A stretch of DNA of 46,305 nt from Fonticula alba ATCC 38817. Lineage: Eukaryota > Protista > Nucleariida. Location of the stretch: NCBI GenBank assembly GCA_000388065.2, contig KB932201.1; one strand, written 5' to 3'. Every line of letters starts with the position of its first letter. Within the stretch, counting starts at the first letter, position 1. Of this stretch, positions 10,301 to 20,712 are shown piece after piece. The notes under the pieces were generated by a model, which was not told the origin of the DNA, ran no database searches, and worked only from the letters and a program-made list of their open reading frames with translations. Position numbers and translations under genes: made by a program.

Positions 10301-11267
10301 CCGTCTCGGGTGCAGGGCTGCCGGCAAACACTGCAGGCCAGGCAGCCTCGGTGGAAGGGAAGCAGGCCATGACGGCGGTCGTGCAGACTCAGCACATCCG
10401 GGTCATCCAGCGAGATGGGGGCCATGCAAGCAGCACAAGAGGAGGAAGTACAGGCAACACAGGTGGGCTGGCTGTGGAAGATCGAGCGAGCACCGTACGA
10501 GGGAAATGGTGACAATGGGATGCAGCAAACAGCAAAAGCAGACCACGGGCTCCGGGGATTAGTGGAACGACAAAGATGCGGTTCCCGACAGCGAGGGAAG
10601 GGGGGGGGGGGGAAAGGGCAGAAGGAAAGGAGCAGACGGGGAAGAGGAGAGGAAACATACCCGCGAGCGACCATGACCCGCTCACCGGAGTCGAAGAGCT
10701 TCCGGCAGCGGTAGCACCGGAAGCAGTCGGCATGGAAGTTAGCCGGCTTCCCGGCGCTGGAATCATCGGCGCCGACGTCGGAGCTGTGGGCATTCTCGGC
10801 CACGGAGTCCGGCGACCCCGGGGTCGCTCGAGCCAGCTTGGTGATGTCCACCGTCACAATCGACCCGGTGGTCACAAGGGCCCCGCAGGCGGAGCACCGT
10901 GTGCCGTGGTGCTCGAAAAAGTGGTCCCGACACAGGAGGGCCGGCTCGTCATCGGACATCGAAGCCATGGGATCCGGACTGTCGAGGTAGATGCCGGTGG
11001 TGGAGATGTCCAAGTGGCAAATGGAGCACACAACGCATGCCAAGTGGTACAGGTGCTTGCCCACGCGCAGGGCCCGCTCATTGCTGATGGCGAGCTCGCA
11101 CCCCGGGCAGATGGGGTCGGCTGCATGTGGGAGGTGAGGGTGAGGGCAGATAGGCAGGGGCAGAGGGGGAGGGGCCGGGGCATGGCAGAGGGGAATCGGC
11201 TGGCAAGCGGGAGACAGGGGGGGGGGGGGGGGGAGAGGAGAAAGGGCGTACAGCTGTCGGACGGCAT
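4313..11267 (-). CDS. Phosphoinositide-specific phospholipase C with N-terminal 3xLIM and SH2-like domains; 12 exons, 1751 aa predicted
   Basis: Exons in transcript order: 11252-11267, 10661-11120, 10233-10471, 9881-10051, 9252-9790, 8909-9094, 8661-8826, 7398-8499, 7058-7202, 6613-6901, 5710-6446, 4313-5518 (5256 nt). All are GT-AG with matching phases. X box: SSHNTYL, CRCIELDLWEG, IYHGYTLT, LSLENH, PSPEELRGKIIIKNK. Y box: ARIYPDGMRFDSSNF, VALNAQ, DNGGCGYVLKP. A C2 domain follows. PLC identity is certain; the N-terminal fusion is inferred from splicing. Confidence 0.85.
9325..9695 (-). other. SH2-like domain (exon 5 of the PLC model)
   Basis: PWLLHEVPLSRAEAVLLLK...RVFFVFRDRD...YQLIC...YWIAPI...LYGL...KFPTIRGLVEAYQ follows the SH2 pattern W..hsR.eAe.lL...FlvR.s...y.Ls...hy.I...y.l...F.sl.eLv.yY. 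Recognised by eye, not by HMM. Confidence 0.7.
10233..11111 (-). other. Three tandem LIM zinc-finger domains (exons 2-3 of the PLC model)
   Basis: Three C-x2-C...H-x2-C-x2-C-x2-C...C-x2-(H/C/D) arrays: CPGC..HLACVVCSIC..CRDH; CSAC..HADCFRCYRC..CVAC; CAAC..HRGCLACSVC..CLRD. Confidence 0.93.
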
Positions 11268-11551
11268 GGTGAAGAGAGGAGGGAGGGTTGCTCACGTGCG
11301 GGGGACACCGGCAGCGGGCGGCCAGCACATGAAGAGGCCTGTGCTCTTTCAGGCCAGGCACCAAGTCGGGAGCAGAGGAGTGAGGGGGGGTGTGGTGGGT
11401 GGACTGGGGGAGGGGGGGGTGATCCAGAGTAGTGCAGAGTGGGAAGGAGAGGAGGGAGTCGCAGAAGAAGGGTGGAGCTTCCAGTGTGAACACTGGCCAC
11501 ACCCACACCGCAGTGGCACTTAAGCCCGATGTGTGTGTGAGTTGGGGCGGG

Positions 11552-11767
11552 NNNNNNNNNNNNNNNNNNNNNNNNNNNNNNNNNNNNNNNNNNNNNNNNN
11601 NNNNNNNNNNNNNNNNNNNNNNNNNNNNNNNNNNNNNNNNNNNNNNNNNNNNNNNNNNNNNNNNNNNNNNNNNNNNNNNNNNNNNNNNNNNNNNNNNNNN
11701 NNNNNNNNNNNNNNNNNNNNNNNNNNNNNNNNNNNNNNNNNNNNNNNNNNNNNNNNNNNNNNNNNNN
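11552..11767. other. Assembly gap (N); further gaps at 25877-25961, 29315-30009, 31837-31887 and 43966-44196
   Basis: Runs of N, mostly flanked by G/C homopolymers or (GT)n. Confidence 1.
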
Positions 11768-11982
11768 CAAACTTGGAAGCCCGGGGTCCTCACGCCCCCC
11801 CGGGGGGCGGGAAGAGACTGAACATCATTGAATAGGAGGGAATCGGTGTACGGCTCGCCCTCAGGGCATCATGGGCAGTTGGGCCCGGGTCGTCGTTGAA
11901 GGAGGCCGCGGCGGCCCCACCGTGGGTTTCCCGGAAGTCGGGGAGGAGAAAAGGGGTACTAACAGGGCCGCGCCGGAGGACG

Positions 11983-12047
11983 ACAACAGCGACAACAGCG
12001 ACAACAGCGACAACAACAGCAGCGTCAGCAACAACAACAACAACAAC
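11983..12047. repeat. (GACAACAGC)3 / (CAA)n microsatellite
   Basis: Directly visible acaacagcg repeats grading into caa repeats. Confidence 0.9.
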
Positions 12048-14069
12048 ACGAACTATAGCCACAGTGCCCCCCTCCTCAAGCAAAAAGATTCCCTCGCTGT
12101 GGTGGGGCAGCACCACCTACCCCAGGGCCACCTTGGCGTGGCAGGCCGCGTCGCGGCTCGTCTTTTCGGCAGGCGTGCAGGCGCGATGGGACCTCGCCCC
12201 CTATCGGGAGGTCCCAGCTCCCGGCAAATAATGGCGATAGTTTTGGACATCTTTGACTCGTGCCTCGCCGGCAGCCTCCTTCCCCAGGACCGGGTTGGGG
12301 AAAACATGGTGCACATCCGCCCCGGGCGTGGTGTCCCCTGTGTCTGTGCTGTTGGAGGAGGGCGCGCCCCCGGGCACAGGGGATCTACGATCCCAGCACA
12401 TCCGCACCCGGCCCCGAGCGCACCGCCCGGTCCGGCCCGCGGCCGCCCAGCTTGGCGGGCGGGGGGGGGGGGGGGGGGGACATGTGGAGAAAAAGCGGTG
12501 GTCACATCCTGCATGTTCTTCGTCGTGCGCGCGGGCAACGGGGGAAACGATTGAGGGGCACAGGCGTGCCTCGTGTTCTTGAGGCCGAGTGAAAGGGAGG
12601 GCCGTGTGTCAGGGAGCGCCCAGGAGTCGCCCAATTTCCTGGAATCGCTCCAGGAAAGGGCATCTATGCTGGGACTCTAGCTGGCCCCACCTTGGGCATC
12701 CGGGTTTTTTTGCCGCCGCCCCCCCCCCCCTGCACATGCCCCTTGGGTGCCCACTAAGACGCAAGGAGGCTCGGACCGCACGCGGCTGCGGCGACCTCCG
12801 ACGAGCGCTGATTAGCGATGAAATGCAGTTTGGGCGAGCCCGAGCGCCGCACCTCCCAAGGCAGCCAGTGTGCCCCGTCCACGCACATCACTCTCCCCTA
12901 GACTGGGCGAAGGCATTCCGGCAGCGAACACCGCACCCACGGAAAATAGCATTGACCCCCCCGGTCTGCCCCTGTCGAGAATACGCCGCCCCAGGCCCGT
13001 CGCAGCACACGGAGTCCTGGGGAGGAGGACCACGGGTGGTGATGGGGGGGGGGGGGGGCTGGCCAGGCTGCCGGGGGCCGACGCCGGCAAGCGGTCGGCC
13101 CCGGAGTGGCGCACGCTTGGTCGGATCCCTGACACGCGGCTATCTCGTTAGCACGCACAGGCATGCTTGCATGCCTGCATCCTATATTTGCTGTCCCGGC
13201 CGGCGGTCGCCCTTCGCCCGGGGCGGCGGGCTTCCAGATCGGTGTTTACATTTCCCGTTAGCATCTAGCGATGGTCCTAATCACGTGTACTCATCTTTGA
13301 ACTGGCCGCCTTTTGCCTCGCTCCGGGCACCATCTCCCCCCCAGTATATGAGGCTCTCCTTTTCTGCTGCCTCGGTAGACGCTCTGTTTGACTGGGGGGG
13401 GGGGGGGGGAGGGCGCATGGTGTCGGCTCAACACTCGGCCTACTACCAGCCTCACGTTGGGTGAGAATGCCGGCGCCTCCGTGTCCCCCAGGTAGGGCGT
13501 ATGTACTTGTGATTGTCATGTCCGCGACGGTCGTTTCCCTTGCCTGGCCACCCGAATGCAGCGGTCTGGGAGGGGGGGGGGGGGCCGAGGCAGCCAGGTG
13601 GAGCAGGCACCCACTGCCAGTCGACATGGCGGCCTGGGAGCAATGGATGGTGGTGGCTAGCCACGGGTAATCAGGGGTAGTGTGTATTGGTGACAGCAGA
13701 CACACAGACCGGCATGCAGCGCGGGCACGTATACATCTGGGGATCCCCTGAGACAAGGGGCAAGGGGAGGAGGGAGAGAGGGAGGGAGAGAGAGGCAGAC
13801 ACATAAACCCAGGCTCCTTTGAGCTTATACGAAAAGCATGACCAACAAAAGGGGCAGGGAGACGCGGGGCGGGGGAGGAAAGACAGATGGAGTGCTTGCA
13901 CGCGAAGGACGGCACATCGCCGCGGGCACCGGGCCCGCAGACACCATCTTGTACTCGGGGGCCCGCGAAACACGGGAGGGGGAGCTGCGGGTTGACGGCT
14001 ACAGGCACCTGGCCCGTGGCCTGTGTGTTCCTCCTCAGCCTGGCCATGCACAATTAGGCGAAGGCGCAT

Positions 14070-14070
<1 letters not shown>

Positions 14071-14124
<54 letters not shown>
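14071..14124. repeat. (GT)n microsatellite, about 27 units
   Basis: Uninterrupted GT run downstream of the twinfilin stop codon. Confidence 0.97.
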
Positions 14125-14127
<3 letters not shown>

Positions 14128-14240
14128 GTTGACCTGCTCGGCCGCGCGGCGATGGCCTCCTGCCCGAGTGCACGCACATAGGTGAAACACAGGCACCTCA
14201 CCCCACCTTCCATTCCCCCCCCCCCCCATCACTTGCTCCC

Positions 14241-15722
14241 TTAGCGCCGGGCGCCCGGGCGCTGGGGGCGATCGAACTTGAGGCGCGCGATGCCGGCGGC
14301 ATTGGCGGCCTCAGTGCCGGTGACCGTCGGCTGGAGGGTCTCCTGGACAAAGGCGCTGTTCAGGTCGGCAATGTCGCCGATCTCCACCACACGAGCCAGG
14401 GCCAGACCGGAGTCCTTGGCCGCGCCGATGGCCGCAGCGCGGCAGGACGCATGGAGCATGCGCGCGCGCACCGGCGACCCCTGCGGGCAGCAGTAGACAA
14501 AGAGGGTGTCGCCCTCGGCCCCGCGGGCAGACGGCTCACGGACCAGATGGAAGCGCGGCACATTGGGCTCCGTCACCGACTGGACATTGTCCAGATTGAA
14601 GCCGGTCGCCGAGTGGACCAGCTCCACCTTCTCGGTCTGCATGTTGGCCGTGAGCTGGACATAGTTCAGGCGCCCGGCGGCCAGGCCCTGAAGGGCCTCA
14701 AGGGCCGCGGCGTCAGCCGGCAGGTCCACGCCATGGACGTGCGCCCGCCGAGTGGAGACACTCACATCACCAGTCGCCTCATCCAGGCGGATCTTCAGCA
14801 TCTCCTCCTCGCGGTAGGAGAGCGGCTTGTCGGCCGCATGCGACTTCAGGTAGGCATTGTAGCCGTCGGTGGTGAACTCAGCCTGTGAAGGGGGAGAGAG
14901 GGGAGGGAGGAGGGAGGGGGGGGGGGCGATGGGAGGCAGACACAGGGTGAGTGGCAAGGGGAGTCAGGAACAAAAAAAAAAGGGCGCGCGAGGCCTGGCA
15001 CCGCGCACCTTCTCCGAGCCGTAGAACTCATCAATGAACTGGCTCTGACCAAGGGACTTGGTCAGGGTCGCACGCGAAGAGGCGTACAGCATCTTCCGAC
15101 GAATGTGGGCATGGTCCGGCACATAGCAGAACAGGACCCAGCCGGCCTGATCCGGGTTCTGGGAACCCTCCTCCGAGGTGGCGGGGGCGGCCTCGTCGGT
15201 CTTCAGCAGGAAGAAGGACGGCTCCTTGTCGGCCAGCAGAGGGGCAATCATGGAGATATCTGTTGGGCAGGGGTATGAGGTGAGAACGGAGGAGGGAAAG
15301 GGAGGGAGAGAGGGAGGGGCTGAGGGCGGGCCGGCTCGCACCAGACTTCCAGTCGGAGATCTTGTTGTACTTCTCAACGGCCTCGATGGACTCTGCGTGT
15401 ATCGGTGGGGGTGGGGTGGGGTGGGGGGGGTGGGTCAGTTGGAGGGCACACGCCCGGGTGGGAGGCCGGCCGGCTGGCAGAGGCGGGAAACAGGAAAGGG
15501 GAGATACGGACCGTCGACGATCTCGGCCTTGATCAGACGGACCGGCGAGTTCAGCGAGGAGCTCGAGGTAAAAGCCTGGACAAGGCCGCTAGAGGCTGTG
15601 TAGGTGCACACGGGGGAAGGGGAGGCGAGGAGCATGCACGGAGTCAGCGGGACACGAAGAGGGCAACCACGAAAAGGAGGCGACAGGACGAACGCACGGG
15701 CGATACCACTGGAGTGGGACAT
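14241..15722 (-). CDS. TWF1: Twinfilin (two ADF-H domains), 5 exons, 350 aa predicted
   Basis: Exons 15698-15722, 15512-15595, 15342-15392, 15009-15259, 14241-14882. Motifs MSHSSGI, YVPDHAHIRRKMLYASSRATL, PLSYREEEM, LNYVQL, PVRARMLHASC and C-tail FDRPQRPGARR match twinfilin. Confidence 0.93.
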
Positions 15723-16516
15723 GGTGGACTGCTGGAATTCATGGGAGCCGGCGGTGGTTAGAGGGTCTGACACAGGGAAGCGGGGCAAAGGGCGGAGCGG
15801 AAAGGCCACAAGCCGGGAGATACGTGAGGAGGGGAGGGCAAAGAAGCGGGGCAGGGGGGAGAAAGCTGCAACTCAATAGGGACTAAGGAGAGCGGTTGCC
15901 CGATGAGCGTCGACGCCGGGCGATTGCAATGCCGCGCGAAGAGTGTATATCCCTCCCGAGGGCGACCCCGGAGGCCCAGACAAAATGCGGGGGGGGGGGG
16001 GCAGCTCGACCCTGGGGGGCGCATCGGGGCTCGAGTGGCTCCTCGCCCCTCCACATCATCCAGCTGGCTGGGGGAAAGGGGGTCGTGCTCGTGGAAATAC
16101 CGGACAAACTTGGAAGCCCGGGGTCCTCACGCCCCCCCCCCCCCCCCCCCCCCCCTGCCGCCCCCGTTTAGAAGCCCCGATGGAACAGGCGATGCCGCCC
16201 CAGGCCACCCGGCAGGGGGGGGGGGTAGCGCGAGAATGCACCCTTCCCCCTTCCCCCTCCCCCCCCCCCCAGACAGAAGAGACAATAACAAGGAGACCTT
16301 GGCATGTGGGAGAAGGATAGCCCCAGAGACCATCCACTCAGACCGCCGCCACGGCACCGGGCGCCGCACGCCAGCACATAATACGGGCGGGAATTTAGGA
16401 AAGAATGCCCCATCCAAGAGACGCAACAAAGGTTGGCAGTTGGGTGTATTGGGCACGCCTCGGCACTTTGCCGCGGGGGGGGGGGGAGGGGGGGAAAGAA
16501 ATAAGGCAGATCTCCG

Positions 16517-19500
16517 TCAGGCGCCGCCGCGTGCCGCCGACGTGGCGGCTGGCGTGGCGGCCGCGGCCGAGACCGCAGCCTTGGCCTTCTTGACTCGTGG
16601 AGCGGCGGGCTTTGCGGAGCCCGAGCCAGCGGTGGCCGACTTTTTGGCCGCCGCCCCGGCTGGGGCTGTCGCGCCGGTGGCCTTGGTGGCTGCCGTGGCC
16701 GTCGTGGCAGCGGGCTTGGTGGTGCCAGCAGCACCCGACCCGGCAGCGGCGCCAGCCCCACCCCCCGCCGAGGCAGCAGCACCGGAAGTCCCCCCGGCGG
16801 ACTTCGTCGAGGCGACGCCAGCAGCACTCGGGGCGCCGGGACGAGCAACACGACGCGCGCCCGTCCCAGCACCACTACCCGGGCGATTGGCCACACGCGC
16901 GGCGCCAGTACCCCCGGCGCCGGCCGCCCCGGCTGCAGAGGGATTACCACGCCCAGCAGCCGCGGGTCCGCCGCTCTTGGAAGAGGCCTTCGGAGCGGCG
17001 GCGGCGGCGGCGGCGGCGCCGGCACCAGACGCCGAGGCGGTGGGGGCCGGCGGGCCGGCAGCTGTGCCGCCAGCGGCCGCCGCGGCCGCGGCCGCCGCTG
17101 CCGCCGCTGCCGCCTTGACTCCCCCACTGGGAGTGGTGGCCCGGCGAGCGGCGCCGCTCTTGGTTCCAGAGGCCTTGGTGGCCTTCTTCTCGCCAGGCTG
17201 CCCGGTGCCAGCCTTGGAGGGCCGTGAGGCGCCGGTGGCACTGGCCTTCGGCGGCCGCGAAGCGCCAGAACCCGCACCACTCGGCCGAGGAGCGCGTGCA
17301 GCACCCTTGGTCCCGGCTGCTCCGGCGGCGGCCCCCCCGGCCGCGGAGGCCTTCTTGCGAGGGGGCGGCGGAGGGGCAATCGGGGCAATCGGCTCAGGCA
17401 GCCGGGGGATAATCTCGACTGGGCCTGGTCCACCAGCCAGGCGAACGAGCTCGCTCGGGGCAAAGTGCGGCACCGGCACCGAGAAGGGGTGTCGCCAGGA
17501 GTCATTGGCAATGCCCAGCCCGACGGCGGTGGCGTGATTCACCATCCCCGTGGCCGAGCCGAACATCTGCGACGCTCGAGACTGCAGCCGCGTGGGGTTG
17601 GTGAAGGGGTCGGTCGCGCGCCAGGACATGTCGCAAGTCATCGGCGTGGAGAAGCCATATGGCTGTGGCAAAGTGGAGCGCTGTTCCGTCGGCGGCAGGG
17701 GGGGGGGGGGGGGGGGGGAGGGAGGGAGGGAGGGCGAGAACAGATGGTGAGTGAAGCCCAACGGGTAAGGCGCAGGGGGGAGGGGAAAAAACAATGTCAC
17801 ATGACGGCCCAAAGACGAGCAAGGGGGAGGAGGAGCCGGGAAACACACCTGCGAAGTCTGGGACATCTGCCAGCCCCGGTCGATGATCATGCGGCCGCCG
17901 CGGCCGCGACGGACGCGCGCAAAGGACAAGGTCTCAACCTTGAAGGCTGGCTGATGCTGGGCCAGGAGCGCCTCGGTATCGGGCACACTGGCACTGCTGG
18001 CACTGCTGGCAGCAGGGTCTGAAGAGGAGGGAAGGGAAGGTCTGGCAAGTGGCTGGGTGATGTCACTTGGCAGGTTGGGCGAGGAAATGGGACAGGAGAC
18101 CTTTGCGAGATGTTGGCCAATCGAAGCAGAGGTGGCCACATCGGTGGCACCATGCATCGGGCCGGCCGCAGCCGGGGGCGGATTGTCAAAGGCCGCCGCC
18201 CAAGTGCGCTTTAAAGAGGCAGCCGCGGATGGGGCCGCCGGCGCTTCAGCTGGGGCCATCTCACTCCCGCCCGGGGGCGACGATGGCGGAGTCAGAGGGT
18301 GGTAGAGATAGACATTGCCGAAGGCGGTGACCGCCTCGGCACGCTCCAGCTCCAGTGACAGAGGATCCGGGAAAAGATTGACGCCCTGTGGAGGGGAGGG
18401 GGGGGGGGGCAGGCATGCGCGAAGGCCGGGCGGGAACCATCAGCATGTGGGAGGCGGCACGGCGAAAAGAAGGGGAAAAAAAAAGAAAAAGGACAAGGAG
18501 GCGAAGAGGCGATCCCCGGGAGAAGGGCGGAGGACGCACCGTGGTATAATCACACCAGAGCGGCAAACCAGCCGGATCCAGGGCGTTGGCGTTGGGCACC
18601 GGCAGCATGTCCCCAAAGCAGGGGCGTGAGTGTTGGTACTGCGGGTCGGTGCCCAATACAGGGGGATACTCCAGCGGTAGATGCAGCGAAACGCCCGTCG
18701 GCAAGCAAGAACCATCAGAGTCCACAGGGGCCGGGACAGGAACGGCCGGATCTTCGACGGCCGATCCCGGGCGACCCCCGGGAGCAGCCGCGGCCGGTGC
18801 CGATGCGCCAGTGGCATCACCGGAGACCGTGGGGCCGGGCTTGCCAGCGGCCGGGCCTCGCACGCCGGATCCCGCGGATCCAGTCCGACCAGCTGACACT
18901 TTGCCCGCGGCGGACACCGAGAGGGTGAGGCCATCGCGCGCGACGGCCGCCGGTGAGCCGGGAAGAGTGAGCGAGATCGGGCGATCGCCGAGGGCACCAT
19001 CGCCAGCGGCCACTGCGCCACCACGCCCAGTCTTGAGTAGCGACGCTTGCAGGGGGAGGGCAGCCCCGGCGGCACCGCCACTTGCAAGGGTCCCGGCCAC
19101 GAAGCTGCGCGCCACTTTGCTGGGAGGCGGTACGTCCGGGATGCCAACGGCCGCGGCGGCCGCGGCGGCCGCGGCTGCCGACGTGGCGGCCGCCATCGGC
19201 GACGTCTGGCTCAGGGACGAATACCTGGCCGCCAGGGCCAAAGCACGTGCACGCCCATCGGCCTCGAGGATTTCCACAAGCAAGCCCTCGCGCTTGATGC
19301 GATCTCGCCGAATGGTCAGATCGAGCGTCTCACGCGCGGCCACCAGATGCGTTCGCAGGGCCCGGAGCTGTTGATACATCTGCTGGTCCAGGCGTCGGGA
19401 CTTGCGGGTATGCTGGATGATACGCGGCCGGAAGCACACATATGGATCGGGATCATTGAGCTTGGTCTCGCCCTGCAAGTACCAATGAATGCGACCCCCA

Positions 19501-20528
19501 CGCTCGATGTTGATCTTGCGCCAGTATTCGAACACCCCGGCCACCGTGGCCGTCGGGACTCCGGTTACCTGGGGCTGAGTGGCGGTATTGGCATCGGGGA
19601 ACTGTGGGGCAAATGATCGGCATACATCCCACAAGCCGAATGGGCAGAAGGCGAGGACTAAGTAACCAGACAGGGAAAGTGCACAGCCAAAGGGGGGAGC
19701 GGAGGCGGAGGGGGAGGGGGGGCGAAGGAAAAAAGGGCAAATGGCTGCGCACCGTTTTCTCAAAGAGCACGAGCATCCTTTCCAGGAGGTCCTCATTGAG
19801 CAGGGCACGCGGACTGCGTCCGGGCGCAGAGTTCCACTTGTTCATCCACTCGATGTCCTCCTCGCGCAAGTCATACTCAGCCGTATCACGCAGGGCCAGC
19901 AGGTCCTTGGCTGATGCGCGCAGGGCTCCGAGTTGCGCCAGCTCCGGAAGCTGCGGGCGCTCATACCCGGCCCCCGGGAGGGCGTAAAATTGCTCGTAAT
20001 TGTCGATCTCCCGATTGGCATCAGGGATGGGGATAGATGGCAGGGGAACCACCGAGGAGGCACCGGCTTTGCCGTCGCCACCGAGAGTGGCAGATGCAGA
20101 GCCCGATGCGTCGGCCGACGTCCCGGACTCACCAGCCGCGTCACCGGGCGTGGAGTCAGCCACGGGGATCGCGTCATCATCCAATTGCGCGGCGGAGATG
20201 ACGGCTTGCAGATGGTGCTCCTGGGGGGGGGGGGGGGGGGACGGCATGGACACAGTTGGGGGCCAAATGAAAAACAGGTGAGTGTCGGCCGCCGGGTGAG
20301 AAGGGGAGGAGAGGGAATGATGCGCACGATTTCCTCCTCCTTGTCGACACCGGTCTCAATGTGCAAGGCACCGCGACCGGAGACGCTAGCCACGCCGCCG
20401 ATCGCACCTCCAGCAATGCCGGCCGCAGAGGAAACCGGGGGCGCGAGTTCTGCCGCCTCGGCCGCCGGCAGTTGATCGAGATGGACAACCGCCAGGCGCC
20501 GGGCAAAGTCAAGCCGCCGAGGCCTCAT
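16517..20528 (-). CDS. EPL1: Enhancer of polycomb-like protein (NuA4/Tip60 subunit), 5 exons, 1143 aa predicted
   Basis: Exons 20328-20528, 19753-20220, 18540-19601, 17849-18385, 16517-17680. EPC motifs: RPRRLD, TGVDKEEEIEHHLQAVISAAQ, EYDLREEDIEWM, VFEYWRK, DPYVCFRPR, TRKSRR, ARVRRGRGGRMIIDRG. A short upstream coding exon cannot be excluded (acceptor CAG just upstream of the ATG). Confidence 0.9.
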
Positions 20529-20595
20529 GCTTGGGTCTGCGGGGGGATGGGGGCAGGGACCGACAGGGGAGCGAAAAGGGCGGGAGAGAGGGGGG

Positions 20596-20712
<117 letters not shown>

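Noticed and set aside
10192-11793. Stand-alone LIM-only gene ending at the TGA at 10192 and starting across the gap
   Set aside because: The ORF reads through introns and N bases. A GTGCGT donor at 10232 gives in-phase splicing into the downstream exons, and a good ATG context exists at 11267. A short LIM-only isoform cannot be excluded.
11861-12049. Leu-rich signal-peptide-like minus-strand ORF
   Set aside because: Generated by the reverse complement of the CAA/CAG microsatellite, and it has no ATG start.
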